64,000 bases of DNA from Candidatus Latescibacterota bacterium (GTDB lineage: Bacteria; Latescibacterota; UBA2968; UBA8231): contig CBDETY010000003.1 in NCBI GenBank assembly GCA_965243025.1, positions 5,856,001 to 5,920,000 on the forward strand, read 5' to 3'. The translations under genes and the position numbers were made by a program. This document shows, one piece after another, positions 39,395 through 49,216 of this stretch (positions within the stretch are counted from its first letter, which is position 1; every line of letters begins with the position of its first letter). The notes under the pieces were generated by a model. That model ran no database searches. It saw nothing but the letters and a program-made list of their open reading frames with translations, and was not told the DNA's origin.

Positions 39395-39623
39395 CGATCG
39401 CGTCTCCTGTCGCCCCGTGTGAGGGGGATGGGCTTTCCGGCCGCTATAGCGGCGCCGTGGTGATCGGCCCGCGTGATCAGTACAGGATAAACGGATTTAG
39501 CGGGGGAGCGGGCAAGGGAGAGCGCGGTACCCGGCCTGCGCCCTGTGGCATGCCGTTCCCCCCGTGTCCGCCGCTCGCCTGGTGGCAAGCCCCCCAGGCT
39601 CCAGGGAGGGACAGGGTGAAAGA

Positions 39624-40904
39624 CTAGAAATACAGCTTGGTCTCGAGGTAGTAGAAGTCGGGATAGGTTCCGAACTCGCTGCGGAACCTGAGGTCTTCGG
39701 CTGTTCCTCCAACGGGCCGGCGGCCGCGCGCGACCACCGCCCCGGCGACCACCTCGACTTCATCCGCGGCCGACCAGACCAGGCCGGGTTGGGCCAGCCA
39801 GGAGCCGTCCCCGATCCCCCACAGTCCGGCCAGGGAGCCGCTGACCAGGGGGTGGATCCGGCCGCTGGCGAGAGCTCCGAGCAGGTGGCTGCCCGCGTGC
39901 CGGAGCCGGCCTTCGGCTACCAGGGCGAACCGTTGCTTCAGGCTGCCGCGGGCGGCGCCGTTGTAGAAGTACTCCGCCTGCAGCTGCAGGCCGCCGGCGG
40001 CGAAACCGCGGCCGGCCCCGGCGACGGCGCTCAGGTAGCCGTCGACCCTGGAACTCCCCGTAACCCCGGCCCAGGTCTCGTCCCGGGCCCCGAACCAGGC
40101 CGCTTCCCCTCGCAGCTCCAAGCCCCCAAGCTCTCCGGCGGCGGCTCCCCCGAGCTGATAACCCCCGAGAATCTTTCCTCCCTGGGCGGCGACGTCCCAG
40201 CTTCGGACGTTTCCAAAGGCGCGCGCCACGAGGGCGCTGCGGTACCAGGCGTCCCCGCCGCCCGCCGGCGCGGCCCCGGACTGCGCCCGCCCCGGCACCC
40301 CGACCAGGGTGGCGCCCGAGAAGTCGCCGAGAGGGAGGTCTACGCGCACGGCGTCGACGCCGGGCTTGTAGTCGCGGTCGAACTGGGTGGATCCGAAAGG
40401 CAGGAAGATGTCGAGGGGGTTCCAGAACCAGGCCTTGCCGAAGGTGACCGCCTGGCGTCCGATGGTCAGGTCGGCGCGCTCGAAGGCGATCCTCATATGG
40501 GCCCGGTCGAGGTGGGCGGAGGCCCTGACGCCGCCGCCGTCCCCCCAGTCCCGGCGGGCGCCGGCAAGGCGGTAGGGCACCTCGGCGCTGGCGGCGCCCA
40601 GCAGGTTGGCCGAGCCGGCCGCGGCGTCGGCGAAGGTGGTCAGGGCCAGGTTCTTGACGGCGTGCGCCTCCCAGCGCAGGCGCGGGTGCGGGCGGCCGGA
40701 GGCGATGAGGCGCAGGGCGAGGCCGGTGTGGTAGTCGGCGACGTCGTCCCGGCCCCGCAGAAGCGGCCGGTCGTAGTTGCGCGCCGCCACGCTGGTGGTC
40801 CGGAGGTTGGCGTCGAGAGCGGGGAGAAGGCCGTCGGCGGGACTGCCGGCCGCCGGAAGCGCCGAGAGCGCCGCGCCGAGACAGGCGGGGGCGGCCGGCC
40901 TCAC
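39624..40904 (-). CDS. putative outer-membrane beta-barrel protein of the Lol-like ABC cluster
   Basis: Signal-like N-terminus, TIGRQAVTFG...WNPLD, C-terminal aromatic YLETKLYF. Confidence 0.7.
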   Translation of the reverse strand: MRPAAPACLGAALSALPAAGSPADGLLPALDANLRTTSVAARNYDRPLLRGRDDVADYHTGLALRLIASGRPHPRLRWEAHAVKNLALTTFADAAAGSANLLGAASAEVPYRLAGARRDWGDGGGVRASAHLDRAHMRIAFERADLTIGRQAVTFGKAWFWNPLDIFLPFGSTQFDRDYKPGVDAVRVDLPLGDFSGATLVGVPGRAQSGAAPAGGGDAWYRSALVARAFGNVRSWDVAAQGGKILGGYQLGGAAAGELGGLELRGEAAWFGARDETWAGVTGSSRVDGYLSAVAGAGRGFAAGGLQLQAEYFYNGAARGSLKQRFALVAEGRLRHAGSHLLGALASGRIHPLVSGSLAGLWGIGDGSWLAQPGLVWSAADEVEVVAGAVVARGRRPVGGTAEDLRFRSEFGTYPDFYYLETKLYF

Positions 40905-41608
40905 TCCGCGGCGTCCTTTTCCGGCGCCGTGTCGCCGGTGATGCGGCCGTCCGTCAGGGTCAGCAGGCGCCGGGCGCGCTCGAGGACGCGGCTGTCGTGG
41001 GAGGAGAACAGGAAGGTCGTGCCCCGCTCCTCGTTGAGCCGCCCCATCAGGTCCATCAGGGACGAAGCGGTCGCCTGGTCGACGTTGGCGGTAGGCTCGT
41101 CGGCGAGCACGAGGGCCGGCGACGAGGCGATGGCCCGGGCGATGGCGACGCGCTGCTGCTGGCCGCCGGAGAGCTCGCGCGGAAAGCGGTGCTCCATGCC
41201 GGCGAGACCGACCTGCTCCAGCAGCTCCATCACCCTCTCGCGCCTCTCCCGCGGCCGCACCCCCTGCAGCATGAGGATGTACTCGGCGTTCTCGAAAGCG
41301 GTCAGCACCGGGATGAGGTTGTAGGCCTGGAACACGAAGCCGATGTGCCGCAGGCGCAGCTCGCTGAGCCGGCTCCCCGAGGCGGAGGTGATCTCCTCGC
41401 CGGCGACGAAAACCCTGCCCGCGGTGGGCCGGTCGAGGCCGCTGGCGACGTTGAGCAGGGTGCTCTTGCCGGAGCCGGAGGGCCCGGCGACCGCGGTGAA
41501 CTCCCCGGGATGGATTTCGAGGTCGATCCCCGCGAGGGCGCGGGTCGCGACCTGGCCCTCGCCGTAATCCTTGACCACCCTGTCGAGGCGGACGATGGCG
41601 GCGTTCAT
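40901..41608 (-). CDS. ABC transporter ATP-binding protein (LolD-like)
   Basis: [33 protein letters not shown]. Confidence 0.93.
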   Translation of the reverse strand: MNAAIVRLDRVVKDYGEGQVATRALAGIDLEIHPGEFTAVAGPSGSGKSTLLNVASGLDRPTAGRVFVAGEEITSASGSRLSELRLRHIGFVFQAYNLIPVLTAFENAEYILMLQGVRPRERRERVMELLEQVGLAGMEHRFPRELSGGQQQRVAIARAIASSPALVLADEPTANVDQATASSLMDLMGRLNEERGTTFLFSSHDSRVLERARRLLTLTDGRITGDTAPEKDAAE

Positions 41609-41612
41609 CGCT

Positions 41613-42854
41613 TCAGGCGCGCAGGACGTCGGCGACGGCGATGCGAGAGATCTGCCGTCCCGGAACCAGGCTGAGGAGCACGGTGGCGGCGAAGACCAGC
41701 AGCCACATCGAAACGAGCAGCTCGGCGGTGACGTCGGCGTAGACCATGGTGTCGAGGGCGAACCCCGAGACGTCGATGTCCTCGCCGTAGAAGCGGGAAA
41801 TGTCGAGGCCCTCGGCCTGCATCCACCAGCCGAGTCCTCCCCCGAGCAGGACCCCGAGGGTGCTGCCGAGGGCGCCGAGCAGCGCGGACTCGACGACCAC
41901 CTGCAGGCGCAGCAGCGAGGCCGACACCCCGAGGGCGAGCTGCATCGCCAGCTCGCGGGTGCGCTCCAGCACCGACATCAGGATGGTGTTGAAGATGGTG
42001 AAAAGACTGAGGAAGACGATGATCCCCTGGAAGACGAGGTTGCTGCCGCGGTCGACGCGGATGTAGTTGGCCAGCTCGGGCATCACCTCCTCCCAGGTGC
42101 GCAGGGCAACCCCGGCGGGAACGAGCTCCCGCGCCGCGGCCATCACCGCCGTGCGCCGCCCGGGATCGGAGAGCAGGACCCCGACCTGGGTGGCGTCCTC
42201 TTCGCCGAGGCCGTAGAGCCTGCGCGCCGATTCCAGCGGGATCTGCACGAGGTAGGCGTCGACCTCGTCGGACCCGACCTCGAAGGTCCCCTTGACCCTG
42301 AACAGCTCCTCGACGATCTCGCCGGAAGCGTCGTTGGTGGCGATGACGAGCTTCTTTCCGGTCCGCAGCTCGAGCCGCCGGGCGAGCTTTTCCCCGAGAA
42401 CGACCTTGCGCCCGTCCCCCTCCTCGAGGTAGGACCCGTCGACGATCCCGCCCGCCAGGGGGGAGGAGGCGGCTTCGAGCGCCGGCTCCACCCCCATGAC
42501 CGACACCCCGACCGCGCCGTGGCCGGACCTGGCGACCCCCTGGCCGAGGACGAGGGCCTTGGTGCCCAGGACGCCGTCGAGTCCCTCGATGCGCTCTCGC
42601 AGGCCGGAGACGCCGCCGACGAAAAGATCGACCGCCGGGGCCTCGCGGTAGTCCGGGTGCTCGAGGGTGAAGTGGCCCCCCTGCATGCGCGTGGCGTCGT
42701 CGATCAGCTGGTTGTAGACGCCGTCGCCGAAGGCGATGAAGAAGACCGCCAGGGCGAGCCCGAAGGCGATGGCGCTGACCGTGATCCAGGTGCGGCGCCG
42801 GTTGCGCCAGATGCTGCGCCACGAAATTCTGAAGATCAGTGCGAGCTTTTCCAT
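41613..42854 (-). CDS. ABC transporter permease (FtsX/LolE-like)
   Basis: SWRSIWRNRRRT, NTILMSVLERTRE; start at MEKLAL. Confidence 0.9.
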   Translation of the reverse strand: MEKLALIFRISWRSIWRNRRRTWITVSAIAFGLALAVFFIAFGDGVYNQLIDDATRMQGGHFTLEHPDYREAPAVDLFVGGVSGLRERIEGLDGVLGTKALVLGQGVARSGHGAVGVSVMGVEPALEAASSPLAGGIVDGSYLEEGDGRKVVLGEKLARRLELRTGKKLVIATNDASGEIVEELFRVKGTFEVGSDEVDAYLVQIPLESARRLYGLGEEDATQVGVLLSDPGRRTAVMAAARELVPAGVALRTWEEVMPELANYIRVDRGSNLVFQGIIVFLSLFTIFNTILMSVLERTRELAMQLALGVSASLLRLQVVVESALLGALGSTLGVLLGGGLGWWMQAEGLDISRFYGEDIDVSGFALDTMVYADVTAELLVSMWLLVFAATVLLSLVPGRQISRIAVADVLRA

Positions 42855-42907
42855 ATCGATGGTTGGTTTCCCGTTGCTGCCGACCCGTCGTGCGGCCCCC
42901 GTTCTCC

Positions 42908-44137
42908 TCACTGGTGGGTCATCGCCGCCACCGGGTCGAGGCGGGCGGCCTTGAGCGCGGGAAACAGCGCCGCGGCGGCGCAGACCGCCGACATGGTGAC
43001 GACCGCGGCCGCCACCCTGGCCGGTTGCAGGGAAAACTGGTAGACCGCGGCGATCGGCATCCCCGACATGGTCAGGGACTCCCCCTGCCAGCGCGTCAGG
43101 TCGAGGCCGCCCGAGGCCTCGAAGTAGAGGCAGACGGCGCTGCCGAGCACCGCCCCGATCAGGGCGGCGGCCCCCGACAGCAGCAGCGCCTCGACGAGGA
43201 CGTCGCCGACGATGCGCCGCGGCCGGGTGCCGAGGGCCTTGAGCATGCCGAACTCCCGAACCCTGTCGTGGGTGGCCATGAACATAGTGTTGAGCACCCC
43301 GAGGCCGGCGGCCAGCAGAAAGATGCCCGAGAGGATCCCCATCGAGGCGCCGGAGACGTTGACCATGTCGGACAGGGTGGGCAGCAGCTGGCGCCAGGTC
43401 TCGGCCACCATGCCCTCCCCATCCTCTTCGGTGCCGTCGTACAGGGCCGCCACCTCCTCCGGGGCCGTGCCGTTGCCGAGCAGGGCGACCTCGTGGACGC
43501 GGCCGCCGGCGACGAACAGGCGGTCGAACTCCTCCCGGTGCACGAGGATGCCGCCGCGGTCGATCTCCTCGCCGACGCTCTGCAGGATGCCGGCGACCCG
43601 GAAGAGATCGTTGCCGAGGGAGCCGTCGGCGGCCTGCACCACGGCGACGATCTCGGAGCCGACGTCGGCCTGCAGACTGCGGGCGAGCCGGCGGCCGATC
43701 ACCACCTCGGACCGCGCCTCCGACGACAGAAAGCGGCCCTGCCGGAGCTTGCCGGCCAGCTCGAAGGTGCTGCTCTCGGCGGCCGGGTCGATGCCCCAGA
43801 AGCTTGCCCCCGCGGACTTGGCGCCGCACGACACCAGGCCGAAGCCGAAGCTGCGGGCGGCGGCTCCGAAGCCGGCTGCCGCCGCCCGGTCGAGCAGGGA
43901 CTGCGGCGCGGGGAGGCTCTTGTAGATCGAGCGGCCGGCCCGGTACCCCGGGGCGTGCAGCTGCACGTCGCCGATATAGGTGTGCCGGGAGCTGCGCACC
44001 ATCTGCGCGATCATGCCGTCCATCATCGCCCAGGTGAAGATGAGCACCGCCGTGTTCAGGGCGACGGCGACAACGGTCACCGCGGTCCGCCGCGGCTTGC
44101 GCATGATGTTGCGCCAGGCAATGGCCAGCGAACGCAT
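42908..44137 (-). CDS. ABC transporter permease (FtsX/LolC-like)
   Basis: AWRNIMRKPRRT, REFGMLKALG, PALKAARLDPV. Confidence 0.9.
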   Translation of the reverse strand: MRSLAIAWRNIMRKPRRTAVTVVAVALNTAVLIFTWAMMDGMIAQMVRSSRHTYIGDVQLHAPGYRAGRSIYKSLPAPQSLLDRAAAAGFGAAARSFGFGLVSCGAKSAGASFWGIDPAAESSTFELAGKLRQGRFLSSEARSEVVIGRRLARSLQADVGSEIVAVVQAADGSLGNDLFRVAGILQSVGEEIDRGGILVHREEFDRLFVAGGRVHEVALLGNGTAPEEVAALYDGTEEDGEGMVAETWRQLLPTLSDMVNVSGASMGILSGIFLLAAGLGVLNTMFMATHDRVREFGMLKALGTRPRRIVGDVLVEALLLSGAAALIGAVLGSAVCLYFEASGGLDLTRWQGESLTMSGMPIAAVYQFSLQPARVAAAVVTMSAVCAAAALFPALKAARLDPVAAMTHQ

Positions 44138-44141
44138 CCGC

Positions 44142-44894
44142 CTACTCGCGCAGGCTGCGCAGGGAGAAGAGGTCCCCGCCGAAGGGGAGGTCGAACTCGA
44201 TCTCCTCGTAGCGGACCTCGGTGTGCTCCTCCGGCTCGTCCGCCGGGGCGATGCGCATGCGCCGCGGAAGCAGGCGCTCCCCCACCTCGCCGTAGTCGCC
44301 GAAAGTCATGGTCCGGGCCGGCTCCATGTCCTCGTCGAAGTACTCGACGGCAACCGGCATCCAGTCGGCGCTGCGCACGCGGATCACTACCTTGCCCCAG
44401 ACCACCGCGGCATCCGCTTTTGGAATGCAGACGACGGCGACCTCTCCCTCTCCGGGGGCCTCGCCGTACTCGAAGTCGTAGTCCTCGGCCATGCGGCTCT
44501 CCTTGACGAGGTCGTCGTTGGTGAAGTGGCTGCCCATCCAGGAGCCGCCCATCATCGACGAGGGCACCTTGATGACGCGGTCGACCTTGGGCAGGTAGTT
44601 CCACATCTGCCGGCCCGACTTGAGGGTGGCGGTCCCCTTCTCCTTGCGCGGCGACAGGATGCGGAACAGCGACTTCTCCCTGCCCTGGCTCCAGGCCTCG
44701 AGCTTGAGCTCGCGCGTCCAGTGCTCGGTGACCACCGTCATCGCCATGACGGCGCGCGAGGAGTCGCCGCGGTAGAGGTCGTCGAAGCGGTCGAGAATCT
44801 GCCTGGGCGTCGGCTCATCAGAGGCATGGACGGCGACTGGCAGGGCGAGCAGGAGCAGCAACGCTGCCCGGGTGGGATTCATTACGGGAGGCAT
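44142..44894 (-). CDS. outer membrane lipoprotein-sorting protein (LolA-like)
   Basis: Signal peptide, SPRKEKGTATLK, WNYLP, SWMGSHFTNDD; start 44894 or 44882. Confidence 0.85.
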   Translation of the reverse strand: MPPVMNPTRAALLLLLALPVAVHASDEPTPRQILDRFDDLYRGDSSRAVMAMTVVTEHWTRELKLEAWSQGREKSLFRILSPRKEKGTATLKSGRQMWNYLPKVDRVIKVPSSMMGGSWMGSHFTNDDLVKESRMAEDYDFEYGEAPGEGEVAVVCIPKADAAVVWGKVVIRVRSADWMPVAVEYFDEDMEPARTMTFGDYGEVGERLLPRRMRIAPADEPEEHTEVRYEEIEFDLPFGGDLFSLRSLRE

Positions 44895-45228
44895 GGTGTG
44901 TGAACCGTTATCGGGACCAATATACGCGGTTGCGAGAGCGCAATCCGGCTTGAGGGTGGGTTTGCTCAAAGCTTGCATCCCGCTTCTGGATTCGGGTAAC
45001 GTAGATTTCCCGGATCCGGTGGCTACTTGCCCCTCCCTGCCCGATGGCTTTGCCAAAAAAACCCGATTCCCGACATGATCTGTCGCAACTCCGTGACAGG
45101 TTCGATTGCAGCCACCTTCAACATCCAAAGGTTCCAGTGAGGCAACCCAAAATGTGCACCCGGAGGAACCATGGTCGCTCCCGACAAACGGAAGTCAGGA
45201 AGCCCGGATTTGGAAAGGGGAATCGACC

Positions 45229-46053
45229 GTGAGCCGGCCGATCTGGGAACTCGACATCCTCCGAAGGCGCCCGACCTTCGTGGCCGCGGCGTTGGGCGGG
45301 GACAGCGCAGTAAGGACCTTCGCGCGCAACGAGCGGGGACGGGACTTCGTCGTCGGCGATATTCACGGGATGTTCTCCGCCCTCGAGGACTTCCTCGAGG
45401 AGCTGTCCTTCGACCCAGGCAGGGACCGGCTGTTCCCGGTAGGCGACCTGATCGACCGCGGCCCGGAATCGGAAGCTGTCCTGCAGTGGCTGACCGGGTG
45501 CGAGTGGTTCCACCCCATCCGCGGCAACCACGACCAGTTCCTTCTCGACGCGGCCGCCGACCCCGCGGGGGAACGGGGCGAGGAGCACGACCTTTGGGTC
45601 AACTACAACGGCGGGACGTGGTGGAACCGGGTGCCCGCTTCGGAGCGGGCTGCCTGCGTGCAGGCGTTCTCCACCCTGCCGTTTGCCGCGGAGGTTGACT
45701 GCGAGACGGGGGCTGTCGGCATCGTCCATGCCGATGTTCCGGAGGACCGCACCTGGGAGGAGTTCCTCTCCGCGCTCCGGGATGGAAACCGCGAGGACAG
45801 CTATTGCGCCATATGGTCCCGCCGCCGCATGGAGCGCTACGTCTACGGCGGTTCCCCCGAAGAGGCTCCCGCGGTAGAGGGGCGGGTGGCGTGCGTAATC
45901 TGCGGGCATGCCCGCGGGATGCGGGCAGAGAGGATCGCAAACCTGTGGATGATCGATACGGGAGCTGCCTACACCTGGGCGATGCCGACCTCCCGCTTCA
46001 CCATCGCCCGGATTCACCCCGGACCGATACGGCTTTTCGAGCATCCGACGTAG
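45229..46053 (+). CDS. PPP-family metallophosphoesterase (PphA/lambda phosphatase-like)
   Basis: GDIHG, GDLIDRGP, RGNHD, IDTGA; GTG start inferred. Confidence 0.88.
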   Translation: MSRPIWELDILRRRPTFVAAALGGDSAVRTFARNERGRDFVVGDIHGMFSALEDFLEELSFDPGRDRLFPVGDLIDRGPESEAVLQWLTGCEWFHPIRGNHDQFLLDAAADPAGERGEEHDLWVNYNGGTWWNRVPASERAACVQAFSTLPFAAEVDCETGAVGIVHADVPEDRTWEEFLSALRDGNREDSYCAIWSRRRMERYVYGGSPEEAPAVEGRVACVICGHARGMRAERIANLWMIDTGAAYTWAMPTSRFTIARIHPGPIRLFEHPT

Positions 46054-46100
46054 CCGTATCCAAAGGATGAAAGTCTTCTTCCTGATTGGCCTGCATCCCG

Positions 46101-46140
46101 TTGACTGGGGAGCTGTTGGTATATAACATGAGATATATCA
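46101..46140 (+). promoter_or_regulatory. vapBC promoter with overlapping inverted repeat
   Basis: TTGACT-17 nt-TAACAT; TGGTATAT...ATATATCA inverted repeat (1 mismatch) spanning the -10. Confidence 0.65.
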
Positions 46141-46204
46141 CTGCCGTCGATGAGTCCGGTTTCGACACCCGGACCACCGAGGCTATTCCATTGGAGTGAA
46201 AGCA

Positions 46205-46447
46205 ATGAGTACGATACCGGATTATCGGGGCATCGCGAAGGTTTTCTGGAGCGGTCGCAGTCAGGCCGTCCGCCTGCCGGCTGATTGCCGGTTCGAAACG
46301 TCGGAAGTCGAGATAATCAAGGTTGGAAACGAGGTTACCCTGCGTCCTCGCGGCAAGAACTGGGGCGCCTGGTTCGATTCCGGCTCGCGCGGCAGTTTGC
46401 CTCCGCGGGATCAGCCCATCCTCGAAGAGCGGGACGGAATTCACTGA
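46205..46447 (+). CDS. vapB: VapB antitoxin (AbrB/MazE fold)
   Basis: AKVFWSGRSQAVRLPADCRF; TGATG coupling to the toxin gene. Confidence 0.92.
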   Translation: MSTIPDYRGIAKVFWSGRSQAVRLPADCRFETSEVEIIKVGNEVTLRPRGKNWGAWFDSGSRGSLPPRDQPILEERDGIH

Positions 46448-46845
46448 TGTACATGCTGGATACCAACATCTGCATCTACGCCATCAACGAGCGCGATGAG
46501 GCCCTGCGCGAACCGTTCGAAGCACACGCGGCGGAGATCTGCATCTCGTCGATCACCTACGCGGAGCTTTGCTACGGCGTTGCCAATTCCGAGCGCGTCG
46601 GGGAGAACAGGCGGGTGTTGGAGGCTTTTTGTCACGATCTGGCGATACTGCAGTTCGGGGTCGATGCCGCCGCGCACTACGGTGAGATTCGCCACGCCCT
46701 CAGGCAGAGTGGGATGCCGATCGGTGCAAACGATCTCTTTATCGCGGCGCATGCCCTGAGTCTGGAGGCGACCCTGGTTACGAACGACCGGGGGGAGTTC
46801 GAACGGGTGCCGAAACTGCGAGTGGAGAACTGGTCCCGGTCGTAA
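46447..46845 (+). CDS. vapC: VapC PIN-domain toxin
   Basis: YMLDTNICI, ISSITYAEL, IGANDLFIAAHA, LVTND, VENW. Confidence 0.95.
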   Translation: MYMLDTNICIYAINERDEALREPFEAHAAEICISSITYAELCYGVANSERVGENRRVLEAFCHDLAILQFGVDAAAHYGEIRHALRQSGMPIGANDLFIAAHALSLEATLVTNDRGEFERVPKLRVENWSRS

Positions 46846-47072
46846 TCCCGGGGCGATGTCTCCCGAACAATGCTTGCCCGGGTTTCTGACCTGATCCCGT
46901 TGTTGGGTTTATTGGGAGTTCAGTGGATAATTGGGAGTTTGGTTGATTATTGACATTTCAAGGCAACCCCGGCGTGCGGCAACGGCCGGGGGTCGATGGG
47001 ATGTCGTCCTGCAGGAACCGGCCGGGTTGCGGAGCGTCGGCGGCACAGGTATGTTGCTGAACCGGATCTGAA

Positions 47073-47453
47073 ATGAGAATCGCCCGAGCCATAGCGCTGG
47101 CAGCGCTCGTCGCCGCCCTGCCGGCTTCCGGCTTCGCCCTGGAGGGGTACTGCCTCCACTGCGCGCAGGTGGAGGCGGCCCCCGGCTGTCACCCGCAGCA
47201 GGCCGAGGACCGGCCGCAGCTCCGGGCCGACTGCTTCTGCTGCGCCGCCATGGCCTGCGCCGGGGAGACGCAGCCTACCGCCGATCCGGGCCACAGCTAC
47301 CTGCCGGCGGCCAAGGCCCCGGCAGCGGCCCTCGCCGCCAGGGCTCCGGAGCGAACTCCCCGGGCGGCGCCGCCGCCCCCCTCGGGCATCCGGCCCCCGC
47401 TGCATCCCGCAACGGTTCCCCTCTACGTCCTCCACGACGTCTACCTGATCTGA
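47073..47453 (+). CDS. Cys-rich/Pro-rich secreted leader-type protein (DUF2946/CutF-like architecture)
   Basis: Signal peptide, CLHC and CFCC motifs, RAP/RAAPPPP/RPP tail ending PLYVLHDVYLI; directly upstream of cusC. Confidence 0.6.
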   Translation: MRIARAIALAALVAALPASGFALEGYCLHCAQVEAAPGCHPQQAEDRPQLRADCFCCAAMACAGETQPTADPGHSYLPAAKAPAAALAARAPERTPRAAPPPPSGIRPPLHPATVPLYVLHDVYLI

Positions 47454-47607
47454 TCCTCCTCCGCTCTCGTCGCGCCGCCGCGGCCGATGCAGAGCGCACA
47501 AACGAAGCGCAGGCCGTTCCCGCCCCCGGCGGCGGGGAGGGTTTTGCGCACCCCGCGCGCACCGGTCTGTCCGTGGCGCGGGCCGTTCCCTTTGCAGGAG
47601 GAGGAAG

Positions 47608-48867
47608 ATGCACCGAAGAACCATCTGCGCCGCGGCGCTGGCGCTGGCCGCGTCCGCCGGCGCCGAACCACCGGAGCTGGAACTCGAGCGGCTCATTGAG
47701 GAAGCCCTGGCCGCGAACCCCGGGCTGAAGGCGCTCGAGCACCGGGCAGCCGCGGCGGAGGCCAGGGTCCCGGCGGCCGGGGCCCTGCAGGACCCGTCGC
47801 TCCGGCTGGAGCTGAGCAACGTCCCTTTCAGTCCCCTCAGCCTCGACGGCTCGCCAATGAGCGGCCGCCAGGTGACCCTGTCCCAGAAGCTCCCCTACCC
47901 GGGCAAGCGCGAGGCCCGGGAACGCGCCGCCTCCCACGCCGCCGAGGGTGCCTCCGCCGCCCGCCGGGAGCGCGAGCTGACCGTCGCCAACATGGTGAAG
48001 CAGGCCTATTTCGACCTCGCCTTCCTCGACCGGGCGATCGCCATCGCCGAGAGGAACCGGGAGCTGCTGAAGGATTTCGTCCGCATCGCCCGGAGCAAGT
48101 ACTCGGTCGCCCGCGGCCCCCAGCAGGACGTGCTCAAGGCGCAGGTGTCGCTGTCGAGCCTGCGCGACCGTCTGCTGATGCTCGAGGGGCAACGGCGGTG
48201 GGCGGGGGCGCAGCTGAACGCGGTGCTGAACCGGCCCCCGGGGGAGCCGGTGGGCAGGACGCCCCCGATCGAGCCGACCCCTCTCGACATCGACGCGGCG
48301 CGTCTGCGCGAGATCGCGCTGGGGGAGCGCCCGCTGCTCAACGGCCTGCGAGCCAGGCGGGACCGCTGGCGCGCAGCAGAGGAGCTGGCGGACCGGGAAC
48401 GCCGACCCGACTTCGTTGTCAGCGCCGCCTGGCGCCAGCGCGGTTTCAGGGAAGACCCGGTGGCGGGAAGCGACTTCTTCTCCGCCGGCGTGATGCTGAA
48501 CCTGCCGGTCTACCAGGGCCGCAGGCAGGACCGGGAGGTCGCCGCGGCGCGGGCCGAGGCCAGGGCGGTCGAGGCGGAGCTCGAGGCGGAAAGCCGCGAG
48601 CTGGCGCTGCAGATCGAGCAGCTGCGGATCGACGCCGAGACCCACCTGCGGGAGATGGAGCTGTTCCGAGGCGCCATCATTCCCCAGGCCGACCAGTCGC
48701 TGGCCGCGGCCATCGCCGGCTACCAGGTCGACGAGGTCGACTTCCTCACCCTGCTCGACAACCAGGTGACCCTGCTGAATTTCGAGATCGACTACTACCG
48801 CCACCTGTCGCAATACGAGAAGACCCTGGCGCGGCTGGAGTCCGTCGTGGGCAGGAGGCTCTTCTGA
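47608..48867 (+). CDS. TolC-family outer membrane protein of heavy-metal efflux (CusC-like)
   Basis: Signal peptide, SQKLPYPGKR, QDVLKAQV, YQVDEVDFLTLLD. Confidence 0.9.
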   Translation: MHRRTICAAALALAASAGAEPPELELERLIEEALAANPGLKALEHRAAAAEARVPAAGALQDPSLRLELSNVPFSPLSLDGSPMSGRQVTLSQKLPYPGKREARERAASHAAEGASAARRERELTVANMVKQAYFDLAFLDRAIAIAERNRELLKDFVRIARSKYSVARGPQQDVLKAQVSLSSLRDRLLMLEGQRRWAGAQLNAVLNRPPGEPVGRTPPIEPTPLDIDAARLREIALGERPLLNGLRARRDRWRAAEELADRERRPDFVVSAAWRQRGFREDPVAGSDFFSAGVMLNLPVYQGRRQDREVAAARAEARAVEAELEAESRELALQIEQLRIDAETHLREMELFRGAIIPQADQSLAAAIAGYQVDEVDFLTLLDNQVTLLNFEIDYYRHLSQYEKTLARLESVVGRRLF

Positions 48868-49216
48868 TGCCCGCCGGCAGAACATTCGCGAAGGCGCGGC
48901 GATGCATCCTGCCCGCTGCGGCGCTCGCTCCGCGGGGCCCGTTCCGGTCCTTCGCCACGGGAGCCGGGGATCGCTGTAAGCCGGTCAGGGGAATTGCCAG
49001 GGCTTGCCCTGGGCGGGAGCTCCAGGCCGCGCCGGTCCCGCGCCATGGGGATGGACTTTTCAACGGGCTGCCAGGTCATGGGCAACTGCCGGCGCCGTCT
49101 CTGCCTGACCGGCTGGCAGTTCGGCCGGAGGTCGAACTGCAATTCGAAGCGCCGGCGTCCTGGTATCTGCCAGGTCGCACTGTCAGGCGCTGTCGGGCAT
49201 TGAGGGAGGAAAGAAC

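Noticed and set aside
46911-46960. ATTGGGAGTT direct repeat and TTGACA upstream of the cus leader
   Set aside because: No -10 at a plausible spacing and no CueR- or CusR-like palindrome, so it is too weak to call.
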